Notes: generated from the letters alone by a model not told the origin. A stretch of DNA of 40,784 bases from Acidobacteriota bacterium (GCA_016199665.1 JACQGG010000040.1:1-40784), one strand, 5' to 3'; positions 17,746-26,594 are shown, counted from the first letter of the stretch. Numbers and translations are program-made.

Positions 17746-19428
17746 ATGAAAACCCAAACCCACGCCCGATCCGACCCCGACCTGCGCGGAAAGCTATACT
17801 GGGTCGTCATCTCCAGAATCGCCGTCCTGGTGCCGCTGCTGGTCCTCGCCGCAACTTTGCTCACCCGTTTTGCCGCCAATTCACTCGCCCCCTTCTGGGT
17901 GGCGATCTGCGCGCTCTCGCTGTTCCACCTGGCAAGTCTTCAGTTTCTGCCCAATCCGGCCACGGCACTGTACCTGCAGATAGTCACCGACGAGTTGCTG
18001 ATCACGCTGCTCATCTACTGCTCTGCAGACCTTAACAGTATCTTCATTCCCCTCTACCTTCTGGTCATTATTTACTCCTGCATTCTGGGCAAGAGGCGCG
18101 GCGGCGTATTGGCCACCACACTCTCCCTATTTGCTTATCTCAGCGTCATTTCTTTCGGTGATCCGGGGGGAACACCGTTGCACGCCCCGGCCCCCGCACT
18201 CAACGAGGCCACCCTGCGCGTGGTCCTCAATCTGCTGAGTTTTGCGGGCGTCGGGTTACTCGGCATTCACCTTTGCGAACGGCTCCAGGCGGTGCGTGTG
18301 AAGCTCGGAAGCACGGAGGATTCGCTGGCCGAGCTTCAAAGCCTGCACCAGAATATGATCCACAGCATCCGCAGCGGTTTGTTCACCACGGACCGGCAGG
18401 GCAGAATCACCTCTTTGAACCCCGCCGGAGTGGAGATTACGCGCCATGCGGAAGCGGACATCCTGGGCCGGCCGTGCTCTGTCCTGATAGGGGAATCCGG
18501 GCTCAAACGGCTGCTGCGGGCGGACTTCACCAGGCTGAAGCGTGCGCTGCGACACGAGGTCTGGGTTCGCGATGCGCTGGGACGGTGGCGCTACCTGGGC
18601 TTCAGTGCGTCATCCCTGCTGTCCCAAAGCCGGGGAACCCTGGGCTTTATCACCTCGTTTCAAGACCTCACTGAAATCAAAAAATTGGAAGAAGAGGTGC
18701 GACTGAAGGAAAAAATGGCTGCCATTGGAAACCTGGTGGCAGGGATCGCGCACGAATTGCGCAATCCGCTCGGCGCCATCAGTGGCAGCGTGCAGGTCCT
18801 GAAAGGCGAGATGGAGCCGGCCGGCGATCGAGCCCGCCTGCTGAATATCGTCCTGAGGGAGTCTGACCGGCTGAACAAGATTGTGGAGGATCTCCTGTGC
18901 TACGCCAGTCCCCGAGACCCAAAGAGGGTTCCGGTGGCGCTGGACCGCCTGCTGGAAGAGACGCTGCAGCTCGCTCGAAACGATCCGACCTTCACGCATC
19001 ACCGTATTCACTTGGAAAACGCGGCGGAACAGCCTTGCTGCTTCGGAAATCCGGATCAAATCAAGCAGGTCTTTTGGAACCTGATTACCAATGCCGCAAA
19101 AGCAATGCCGGCGGGGGGTGACCTGACAATTCGAATGGCGCACACGGACCGTTTTGTAAAGATTGCCTTCCAGGATCATGGGATCGGAATGACACGGCTG
19201 CAGCGGCTCAAAATGTTTCAACCGTTCACCGGAGCCTTCGCCACTGGCATGGGACTCGGCATGGTGATCGTTTATCAGATTGTGCAGCGCCACCGGGGCC
19301 TGATTGCGGTACGGTCCCGCAAATACCGGGGCACCACGGTCATGCTATCGCTTCCTCGGGCTCGCCCCCCGGTTTCTGAATTCCCAGTGTCTCAACTCGA
19401 TGCCGCAGCGAGCGATAGGAAAGATTGA
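17746..19428 (+). CDS. pilS: PilS-like sensor histidine kinase (multi-TM N-terminus, PAS, HisKA, HATPase_c)
   Basis: About 6 N-terminal TM helices; PAS-like ..IHSIRSGLFTTDRQGRITSLNPAG..; H-box [16 protein letters not shown]; ..NLITNAAKAM.., ..DHGIGM.., ..GMGLGMVIVYQI... The symbol is assigned from context (pilC upstream; pilR and pilA adjacent). Confidence 0.8.
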   Translation: MKTQTHARSDPDLRGKLYWVVISRIAVLVPLLVLAATLLTRFAANSLAPFWVAICALSLFHLASLQFLPNPATALYLQIVTDELLITLLIYCSADLNSIFIPLYLLVIIYSCILGKRRGGVLATTLSLFAYLSVISFGDPGGTPLHAPAPALNEATLRVVLNLLSFAGVGLLGIHLCERLQAVRVKLGSTEDSLAELQSLHQNMIHSIRSGLFTTDRQGRITSLNPAGVEITRHAEADILGRPCSVLIGESGLKRLLRADFTRLKRALRHEVWVRDALGRWRYLGFSASSLLSQSRGTLGFITSFQDLTEIKKLEEEVRLKEKMAAIGNLVAGIAHELRNPLGAISGSVQVLKGEMEPAGDRARLLNIVLRESDRLNKIVEDLLCYASPRDPKRVPVALDRLLEETLQLARNDPTFTHHRIHLENAAEQPCCFGNPDQIKQVFWNLITNAAKAMPAGGDLTIRMAHTDRFVKIAFQDHGIGMTRLQRLKMFQPFTGAFATGMGLGMVIVYQIVQRHRGLIAVRSRKYRGTTVMLSLPRARPPVSEFPVSQLDAAASDRKD

Positions 19429-20731
19429 GCAGGCGGGCGGCTCGCGCTTGATTCCAGCAGCAGTGTCGCAAGGCGGCCAGAACCAGTTGCGTTTCCGTTT
19501 CTCGCAGACATTCCTCCAGGTCGATCCCTTCAGTTGAGAAGATCGGGGTGGCCAGCGAGCCCACGAGCCCCCGGACTTTGGAAAAGTCCGGCAGTCGATC
19601 CAGCCGAATCTTGTCGGTCGGCTCCAGGGCAACCGCCCGCTCCATGACGTTCTCCAGTTCACGAACGTTGCCCGGCCAATGATGGGACCTTAAGACTCGG
19701 AGGGCTTCCGGCTCGATGCCGGAGATTTGTTTATCAAGGACGGCGGTATACCGCGCCAGAAAATGATCCAGCAGCAGATCCAGGTCCTCCGGCCGCTCCC
19801 GCAAGGGGGGGATGTGTATCGGAATCACAGCGATCCGATAGTAAAGGTCCTCTCGAAACTGTCCCTGTCGAAGCTGTTCCTGCAGGTCCCGGTTGGTCGC
19901 GCCAATCAGCCGGACACTGACGGGAACTTCATCGACCCCTCCCAACGGACGGATCTTCCGTTCCTGGAGCACGCGCAGCAATTTCACCTGCATGGCAGGG
20001 CTCATCTCTCCCACTTCGTCAAGGAACAGTGTTCCTCCGGCGGCGTGCTCAAACAGCCCTTCCTTGTCCCGCACAGCGCCGGTAAAGGCGCCCTTCATGT
20101 AGCCAAACAGCTCGCTTTCCAAAAGCGACTCCGGAAAAGCGCCACAGTTGATGGAAACAAATGGCATCTCTTTGCGGCTGCTTGCCTCATGGATAGCGCG
20201 CGCCACGAGCTCTTTCCCTGTGCCGCTTTCTCCGGTAATCAGAATGGTGCTGGTCGTGCCCGAAAGAGATCCGATCAGCTTGTAGATCTTGAGCATCTGC
20301 GGGCTGACTCCAATCAGGTGGGGAGTGTGGCCGGATTGCCAGTCCAGTCGGAGCGCTTTCTGTCTGGCCTCGCGGCTCTGGATCGCGCGGCTCGCCAGAA
20401 CTTTCAATTCCTCAACATCAAACGGTTTGGTGATGTAGTCGTAGGCGCCGAGCCGGAGAGCCTCAATGGCGGTCTCAGAACTGGCAAAAGCCGTAATGAA
20501 GATGAATTGAGTTTCCGGAGCATCCGATCGAGACTGCTTGAGAACCTCAATCCCGGAGAGCGCCGGCATTTTCAAGTCGCTGATGACGAGATCGTACCGG
20601 CCTTCGCGAATTCGCCGCACGGCGTTGCCGGGCACTGCTTCGACATCCACGGAGTGCCCGGCGCGCGCCAGGCCGATTTGCAAGACGGTTCGCATGCTGG
20701 CCTCATCGTCCAGCACCAGGATCTTTCCCAT
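19340..20731 (-). CDS. pilR: PilR-like sigma-54-dependent response regulator
   Basis: Receiver ILVLDDEA..DLVISDLKMPALSG; Walker A GESGTGKE; GAFTGA; ..WPGNVRELENVM..; HTH ..NQARAARLLNLSYRSLRHRVETLG... Divergent from pilA. The symbol is assigned from context. Confidence 0.85.
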   Translation of the reverse strand: MGKILVLDDEASMRTVLQIGLARAGHSVDVEAVPGNAVRRIREGRYDLVISDLKMPALSGIEVLKQSRSDAPETQFIFITAFASSETAIEALRLGAYDYITKPFDVEELKVLASRAIQSREARQKALRLDWQSGHTPHLIGVSPQMLKIYKLIGSLSGTTSTILITGESGTGKELVARAIHEASSRKEMPFVSINCGAFPESLLESELFGYMKGAFTGAVRDKEGLFEHAAGGTLFLDEVGEMSPAMQVKLLRVLQERKIRPLGGVDEVPVSVRLIGATNRDLQEQLRQGQFREDLYYRIAVIPIHIPPLRERPEDLDLLLDHFLARYTAVLDKQISGIEPEALRVLRSHHWPGNVRELENVMERAVALEPTDKIRLDRLPDFSKVRGLVGSLATPIFSTEGIDLEECLRETETQLVLAALRHCCWNQARAARLLNLSYRSLRHRVETLGIQKPGGEPEEAIA

Positions 20732-20890
20732 ATGTCAATTTCCGTCACAAGGGCTGACAAATTTATGACAACTCAAGTCCAGCTCGCTGTGATCTGAATT
20801 GCATTCTGAGACCAGAGTGAAAAGCTGTCACACCCATAAGCCTCATGTTCCAAGGCGCTTACCACGACTTCCAGCCGCCGTACCCCTCTT

Positions 20891-20906
20891 TGGCCCGCGG
20901 ATTGCA
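20891..20906 (+). promoter_or_regulatory. Sigma-54 (-24/-12) promoter candidate TGGCCC-gcgga-TTGCA upstream of pilA
   Basis: Matches the TGGCAC-N5-TTGCA consensus at 10 of 11 specified positions with exact spacing. It lies 128 nt upstream of the pilA ATG, next to a sigma-54 activator gene. Confidence 0.55.
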
Positions 20907-21033
20907 CAGAAGCGACTGGCCGTTGAAGGCTCGCAATTATGCCAACAACTCCAGTTGAGTTTGTGTGACGGGAGTCGCAGTGCCGAAGTTGGCCTATAGG
21001 AAAAGAAACCGTTCTACATTGGAGGAAAACACG

Positions 21034-21474
21034 ATGAGCAACCCAAAGGGCTTTTCATTGATTGAACTGCTGATTGTTGTGGCGATTATCGGCATTATTG
21101 GCGCCATTGCCGTGCCGAACCTGCTGCAGTCCAGGGCGGCGGCCAACGAGGGCAGCGCGATCGCGTCGGTGCGCAATATCATCACGGCCGAAGTGACTTA
21201 CTTCTCGACCACAGGAGGCGGCAAATACGGAGACCTGGCGAAACTGAAGACCGCCAAGCTGATTGATGACGTGCTGGGGTCGGGCGGCAAAGACGGGTAC
21301 ACGTTTGCCACACCGACCGGCGACGGCGCCACGGATGACTTCACGGTCACCGCAGTTCCCACCACTGTCGGCAAAACCGGGTTTCGCGGATTCTTCGGCG
21401 ACGCCACCGGAGTGATTCGCTATTCCGCGGATGGATCAGCACCGAGCGCCGCCAGCTCCGCGCTTGGGAAATAA
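21034..21474 (+). CDS. pilA: Type IV major pilin (prepilin with class III signal peptide)
   Basis: MSNPKG|FSLIELLIVVAIIGIIGAIAVPNL: short basic leader ending in Gly, F at +1, E at +5. GGAGGA lies 8 nt upstream of ATG 21034. The globular part is ..ASVRNIITAEVTYFST..GYTF..TAVP..GFRGFFGDATGVIRY... No cysteines. Confidence 0.9.
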   Translation: MSNPKGFSLIELLIVVAIIGIIGAIAVPNLLQSRAAANEGSAIASVRNIITAEVTYFSTTGGGKYGDLAKLKTAKLIDDVLGSGGKDGYTFATPTGDGATDDFTVTAVPTTVGKTGFRGFFGDATGVIRYSADGSAPSAASSALGK

Positions 21475-21488
21475 AAGAGGAGGTTGAC

Positions 21489-21512
21489 CGCCAGGCGCTG
21501 CGGCGCCTGGCG
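21489..21512. terminator. Perfect 10-bp stem hairpin CGCCAGGCGC-tgcg-GCGCCTGGCG between convergent pilA and the NHL gene
   Basis: Read directly. It lies 15 nt after the pilA stop and 37 nt after the NHL-gene stop. There is no clear U-tract on either side. Confidence 0.5.
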
Positions 21513-21548
21513 GCGACTCTGCGCCGCCAACACTGAATTTCTTCGCGG

Positions 21549-23687
21549 CTATCTCCCTCCGCCAGTGACCTGCCGGATGCGGCGGTTGAATGTGTCCGCG
21601 ATGTATAGATTGCCCGCCGGGTCAACGGCCACTGCAAGCGGATAAGCCAGTTGGGCTGACGTGGCCGCTTCGCCGTCCCCGCCAAAACTTGCCGTCCCGT
21701 CGCCGGCCACGGTGCTGATCGTGCCTGCGGAAGTCACTTTCCGGACGCGATTGTTGAACGTGTCGGCGACATACAGATTGCCCGAAGCGTCGACTGCAAC
21801 GCCGCGGGGAAACGCCAGTTGCGCTGCGGACGCCGTGCCGCCATCGCCGCCAAAGCCGGCGGCGCCGTCTCCCGCGACCGTAGAAATTACGCCGCGATCA
21901 TTGACCCTGCGAATGCGGTTGTTCAACGTATCAGCGATGTACACGTTGCCGCCCGCGTCAATCGCCAGGCTCGTCGGGCTGAGCAGGCGGCTGGACGTTG
22001 CCGCGCCGCCGTCCCCTTCAAAACCCGCAGTCCCAACACCCGCCACAGTCGAAATCGTGGCGCCTGTCACCCTGCGCACACGATAGTTAAAGGTGTCTGC
22101 AATATACAGCACTCCCGCCGCGGTTACCGCAATGCCTTGAGGCGTGTTCATTTGGGCGGACGTTGCCGCGCCGCCGTCACCGCCGAAACCGGCAACTCCA
22201 ACACCCGCAACCGTGCTGATCACGCCGTCGGTCGCGATCTTTCGGATCCGGTGGTTGAGGGTATCCGCAACGTAGAGAGTTCCCGCTCCGTCGATTGCCA
22301 CGGCCTGCGGACTGTTCACCTCGGCGGCAGTCGCGGGAATGCTGTCTCCGTTAAAACCCGCCTTTCCCGTGCCCGCGACGGTCGTGATTACTCCGCCTCG
22401 AGACACCTTCCGAATGCGATGCTTCAATGAGTCAGCGATATAAAGGTTGCCGCCCGAGTCTACGGCGATGCCCTGAGGAATGCCGAATTGCGCCAGAACG
22501 GCAGGTCCGCCGTCGCCGTCAATCCCTCCAGCGCCGTTGCCGGCCGCCGTTCGGATCACCAAGTCCGCCGATATCACGCGAACACTGTTGTTGAACGTGT
22601 CCGCTATATAGATGCTGCCCGAGGCATCCACGGCTACACCGTACGGATCGTTGAGCCGGGCCGCCGTGGCGGGCCCTCCGTCGCCGCTAAACCCCGGCAG
22701 GCCGGTCCCGGCCAGCGTTGTTATCGACCCGTCTGACGCCATCTTGCGGATGCGGTTATTGTTCGAATCGGCAATGTACACGTTGCCGGAATCATCAACC
22801 GCCACGTCAATCGGAGTATCCAGTTGGGCGGCGGTCGCTTGTCCGCCGTCTCCGCCGAACCCCCCGGTTCCGTTGCCCGCGATCGTGCTGATCACGCCGT
22901 CGGTTGTGATCCTGCGAATGCGATGGTTGCCGGTATCGGCGATGTAGAGGTTTCCGGCGCTGTCCAGCACCAGCCCCTGCGGGCTGTTCAGTTGCGCAAG
23001 AACCGCCAGATTTCCATCCCCACTGAAGCTCGGTGATCCATCGCCTGCGATCGTGTCGATCACCCCGCCGGGGGTCACCCTGCGGATGCGGTTATTGAAC
23101 GTATCTGCGATGTAAAGATCTCCCAAAGAATCCACCGCTACCCCTCGCGGAATTGCCAACAGAGCGCCGGTTGCGGGACCCCCGTCCCCGCTGTAGCCGG
23201 TAGCACCCACCCCGGCTACCGTGGTCAGCACTCCGCCGCTGTCGACTTTGCAGATGCGATTGTTGAACGAGTCTGCAATGTAGACGTTGCCCGCCGGATC
23301 AACCGCAATGCCTTTGGGAATGGCCAGTTGCGCCGCCGTGGCGGGCCCGCCGCTGCCGCCGGCGCCAAACGAACTACCAGCGAACAATCGCAGGGCCCCG
23401 TCTGCTGCAACATGGTAGACACGGCTCTGGCTCAAGCTGACCACGTAGAAGCCTCCCTCCCCGTCGGGCGCAATCGCGGTGGGAACTTCTATTAGCTGGC
23501 TGGAGGCCGGTTGGCCGCCCGTCATCGGTTCCGAGCCAGCGTAGGTCGCAATCGTCCCCGACTGAGCAGCCATGCTTGCGCTGAGCAGGACGAGGAGGCA
23601 CAAATTCAAGAGGAGAAGAACCACGGCCTTCAAGTTGATATTTCCAATTTGCATCCGCTCAGTTTCACGATGTTTGAATCGGGACAC
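21549..23687 (-). CDS. Secreted NHL-repeat protein, 12 repeats (predicted tandem six-bladed beta-propellers)
   Basis: Twelve ~57-aa units, each ending in [LVI]Y[IV]AD[ST]xNxR[IV]R[KR][VI], separated by ..TVAG.G..GF.GDGG.AT.AQL..P.G[VI]AVD... Signal peptide MQIGNINLKAVVLLLLNLCLLVLLSASMAAQS. The track start 23687 is GTG; ATG 23654 is the alternative. Confidence 0.9.
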   Translation of the reverse strand: MSRFKHRETERMQIGNINLKAVVLLLLNLCLLVLLSASMAAQSGTIATYAGSEPMTGGQPASSQLIEVPTAIAPDGEGGFYVVSLSQSRVYHVAADGALRLFAGSSFGAGGSGGPATAAQLAIPKGIAVDPAGNVYIADSFNNRICKVDSGGVLTTVAGVGATGYSGDGGPATGALLAIPRGVAVDSLGDLYIADTFNNRIRRVTPGGVIDTIAGDGSPSFSGDGNLAVLAQLNSPQGLVLDSAGNLYIADTGNHRIRRITTDGVISTIAGNGTGGFGGDGGQATAAQLDTPIDVAVDDSGNVYIADSNNNRIRKMASDGSITTLAGTGLPGFSGDGGPATAARLNDPYGVAVDASGSIYIADTFNNSVRVISADLVIRTAAGNGAGGIDGDGGPAVLAQFGIPQGIAVDSGGNLYIADSLKHRIRKVSRGGVITTVAGTGKAGFNGDSIPATAAEVNSPQAVAIDGAGTLYVADTLNHRIRKIATDGVISTVAGVGVAGFGGDGGAATSAQMNTPQGIAVTAAGVLYIADTFNYRVRRVTGATISTVAGVGTAGFEGDGGAATSSRLLSPTSLAIDAGGNVYIADTLNNRIRRVNDRGVISTVAGDGAAGFGGDGGTASAAQLAFPRGVAVDASGNLYVADTFNNRVRKVTSAGTISTVAGDGTASFGGDGEAATSAQLAYPLAVAVDPAGNLYIADTFNRRIRQVTGGGR

Positions 23688-23693
23688 TGCAAC

Positions 23694-26333
23694 CTATGGC
23701 GTGCTCTGAGGGGGCACTACCGATGAGGTTTGCAGATCAGTTGCAACAATCATCTCCAAAGCGGAGATGGCAACATTGGACCGCACCCGGATCCTTCCTC
23801 CCTCCTGAGAGGGAATTCCAAAAAGAGCCGAGACCGAGTCGCTCAGCCGGGCATTCGGTCCCAGCGTCACTCTTCTGGCGGCCACCGGTGAACCTTCCGC
23901 CGAAAAAAGATCCAGGGTAACTTCGGCGCCCTGGTTGTTCGGGTTGACCAGCGACACTTGGGTAGAAAAGTCGACTCCCTGCGACAGATGGGCAAAGTAG
24001 AAGTCCGTACCGGAACTCTCCGTAAGCGGGTAAGCGGAAAAGGCCTTCCCGTCGAAACCGAACATCTCAATGGAGGCCACCATCCGGGAGTTGGTGCCGT
24101 ATACTCCCAGCCATCCCGAGATTGGGGCGCTGCCGTCCAGTCCAAATAAATCCGCCAGATCCAGGGTAGCCCCCGCGGAACCGGACAAGGATACAACCTG
24201 CGGATCCGCCAGCAACGCGCCCTTGTCGTCCACCAGTACCAATGCCGTGTCTGAACCCCCATCACTGCCGTTGACCAGACTCAATACGGTGCGATAGCCG
24301 CCGAGAAGAGTCACCTGAGGGGCTGCCAACTGAATCCCGTCCGCAACGGCGGCATTGGAAGGAGCGGTCGCGGGAAGAACACTGAGTTCATCAGCCGTTT
24401 CATAAAGCCCGAGCGCATTGACCGGCTCGGTGGAAATAATCACCAGGTGCGCCCCCTGCAGCCCGATCGCCTGCGGCAAGTAGTCCGCAACGTTCGGGTC
24501 ATCGCTCTTTAGCTTGCGCGATAAAACACCGCCGGGAGCGATGCTGTCGGAAACAGTCGCGAGAGAAGCGCCGTTCATGTCGATCAGGCTGATCTGCACG
24601 CCGGCAGTGTTCAGATTTGTACCGGGGCTGGCCACGACCAGCTCAGTGGAAAAGGCATCGTCCTGCCGCACAACGGGAAGGACCAATGAGAAGGATCCGC
24701 TTCGGGTCAAGTTTGCACCGTCCGTTTTCCTGCGCAGAAAGTCGCTGATGCTGATTTGGAAGTAACCGATCAGAGTAGGCTGGGTACTCTCTACCAGGAT
24801 CGATCCGTCAAGGGGAGATTGAACTGGATCGTTTCGAAAAAAAACCGATGCGAGCCCCGCCGCAGAACGGCCCGGCGAAAGGTCCAGACTCCGGGGATTG
24901 CTCACTTCGGTCCTCTCGGATTCGATGAAGGGACTTCCGCTGGCCGCACGAGCCTCAAGCATGACATTTGTAGGCGCGGTTCCCACATTGGCCAGGGTAA
25001 GATTTGTAAAGTGATTCTTGTCGGAATAAAACCGTGGGACACCGAAGGCGAACGTCTTGCGTAAGAAATCAATGGAGCTGGACCCGAAGTTCAATACCGC
25101 GACTTGCTGTTCATCCGGTGTCAGAGCTACCAGGAAGGGACTGTTCCCGAAACCGGCGGAGCTGGTACTCGTCTGGGTGGCTGCCGCAATGCTGTTCGTG
25201 TTGAGGTCGATACGAAAAGCCAGGTCGGATCCCGGGCTGGCAATGTACGCAGTGCTGGAGTCAGCGGTGGAGATCACGTTCGTGGCCTGGGTAAAGCCGC
25301 CGATTCCAAACAAGTCAATAGGAGCAATGAGCTGAGCCTGCAGCTCTAAAGTGTCCGTGGAGAGGAAGGAAAGTTCTGAACTGCCCACTACCAGAAAACG
25401 CGTTCCGTCCGGGGTGACCGCGGTAGAAAATACATTGGCCCCCAGCGCAATGCGTTTCAGAATCTCGCCTGTGCCGGTGCTGAAAACGTAGGCCACGTTG
25501 TCATCCACGCCGTTGCTGCTCCCCTGGTCTCCAATAATCCCTTTCGCGTCGTCCGGAGTAAGGGTCACATTGTGGGTCGCTACGAAATCATGGGCTTCCT
25601 TGGGAGTAATGGTGAGGCGCACCCCGAACGTGGCGACATCCACGACCGAAATCGAGTCCTGAGCCGCAACGGTGGTGGACGTCAGATCGCCGACGTTGAC
25701 AACGGTAAAGAAAGAGCCATTGCGTGCGATGGCCAGATTGACAGGCCGGCTGCCGGCCGCGAGCTTCAGCCGGGGCTGAATCTCCGTTCCCTCCGGAACG
25801 CGAAAACGCACGACTTCGCCGGTGCCTGTGGATGCCACAAATCCGGTCTGGCTGTCAGGAGTAAAAACGACGTTGCTGCCCAGGCTGAAATTGACCTTGT
25901 CCAGGGCCGCTGTCCTGGCCACCAGGGTCTTGGCATTGATCAGGGAAATACTCCCGACCAGTTTAGGCACGACAGCGGCATTGTCAGCCAAGTGGGTATT
26001 GACCACCACGATCGTCTGTTTGTCGGGAGTCATTGCCATCTGAGCGGGATTTTTTCCGACAAACAGGACTGCAATGGCTGCCATGGTATCGGCATCAAAA
26101 ACCACCACCGCATCCGACCCGGGGAAGTTGACAAAGCACCTCTTGCCATCGGCGGAGAACAGCACGGAGGGCGAAAAAAAGTTGTCGGCTGCCACGGCAT
26201 TGACGTCAAATCTGAGATTCAATGCCACCGTCAATGGATCGGATGAAGGATCAAAACGCGAAAAAACCCGATCCCCGTAGAGCACCCCAACAACCTGTGC
26301 CACGATCGCCACGCTAACCCAAAATCGCTTCAT
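23694..26333 (-). CDS. Secreted 879-aa protein: N-terminal YVTN/YncE-like beta-propeller region plus four tandem ~100-aa beta-sandwich-like modules
   Basis: Signal-anchor MKRFWVSVAIVAQVVGVLYG. Propeller-like repeats occupy residues ~30-425 (..FSADGKRCFVNFPGSDAVVVFD.., ..MTPDKQTIVVVN.., ..FTPDSQTGFVAS.., ..VTPDGTRFLVVG.., ..LTPDEQQVAVLN..). Residues ~430-875 (nt ~23711-25046) hold four modules sharing F-[ST]-T-x-[LV]-x-[LV]-x-N ... V-x-L-x-L ... G ... LF ... G-x-[IL]-x-V-x-S. Confidence 0.85.
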   Translation of the reverse strand: MKRFWVSVAIVAQVVGVLYGDRVFSRFDPSSDPLTVALNLRFDVNAVAADNFFSPSVLFSADGKRCFVNFPGSDAVVVFDADTMAAIAVLFVGKNPAQMAMTPDKQTIVVVNTHLADNAAVVPKLVGSISLINAKTLVARTAALDKVNFSLGSNVVFTPDSQTGFVASTGTGEVVRFRVPEGTEIQPRLKLAAGSRPVNLAIARNGSFFTVVNVGDLTSTTVAAQDSISVVDVATFGVRLTITPKEAHDFVATHNVTLTPDDAKGIIGDQGSSNGVDDNVAYVFSTGTGEILKRIALGANVFSTAVTPDGTRFLVVGSSELSFLSTDTLELQAQLIAPIDLFGIGGFTQATNVISTADSSTAYIASPGSDLAFRIDLNTNSIAAATQTSTSSAGFGNSPFLVALTPDEQQVAVLNFGSSSIDFLRKTFAFGVPRFYSDKNHFTNLTLANVGTAPTNVMLEARAASGSPFIESERTEVSNPRSLDLSPGRSAAGLASVFFRNDPVQSPLDGSILVESTQPTLIGYFQISISDFLRRKTDGANLTRSGSFSLVLPVVRQDDAFSTELVVASPGTNLNTAGVQISLIDMNGASLATVSDSIAPGGVLSRKLKSDDPNVADYLPQAIGLQGAHLVIISTEPVNALGLYETADELSVLPATAPSNAAVADGIQLAAPQVTLLGGYRTVLSLVNGSDGGSDTALVLVDDKGALLADPQVVSLSGSAGATLDLADLFGLDGSAPISGWLGVYGTNSRMVASIEMFGFDGKAFSAYPLTESSGTDFYFAHLSQGVDFSTQVSLVNPNNQGAEVTLDLFSAEGSPVAARRVTLGPNARLSDSVSALFGIPSQEGGRIRVRSNVAISALEMIVATDLQTSSVVPPQSTP

Positions 26334-26354
26334 TCGAGTTTACCTTGAAGACAA

Positions 26355-26382
26355 ATTATCTTGTTTATGTCTCTTCGGTCAA
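26355..26382 (-). promoter_or_regulatory. Sigma-70-like promoter candidate TTGACC - 16 nt - GATAAT upstream of the 879-aa gene
   Basis: On the minus strand: TTGACC (26382-26377), 16-nt spacer, GATAAT (26360-26355), about 22 nt upstream of ATG 26333. Pattern match only. Confidence 0.3.
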
Positions 26383-26594
26383 AAATGCAACAGCGTTTTC
26401 ATGGTAGGAATGTTTGCCTTCAATGCGCAAGTGCAAACTTGGAGCAGGAGTTTTGTTTAAGAACATAAAATTGCGCCCGCGAATGATTTGCCTCCGATCT
26501 GTATCATCTCCGCTGAGAACAGGCAACAAGGCCCTTGGCGGACCGGCGGCTCTCCTGCGCGGATCACAGCTTGCGGTTGGAGGTTCCGATTCGT

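Noticed and set aside
19727-20797. 356-aa plus-strand ORF
   Set aside because: Antisense to pilR, with the same mirror-ORF character and no recognisable motifs.
20918-20940. Second sigma-54-like string TGGCCG-ttgaa-GGCTC upstream of pilA
   Set aside because: It has a GG, but no GC at the required -12 spacing. The upstream TGGCCC-N5-TTGCA site fits far better.
21549-23687. Regular ~171-bp DNA periodicity, considered as a possible non-coding tandem or CRISPR-like repeat
   Set aside because: The periodicity is fully explained by 12 in-frame NHL repeats of one long ORF. The units are diverged and there is no repeat-spacer architecture.
23694-26333. Possibility that the 879-aa protein is a true PilY1 homologue
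   Set aside because: I could find no vWA-like N-terminal domain and no PilY1 C-terminal calcium-site motifs. Only positional and fold-class (propeller) analogy remains, and that is how the finding is worded.
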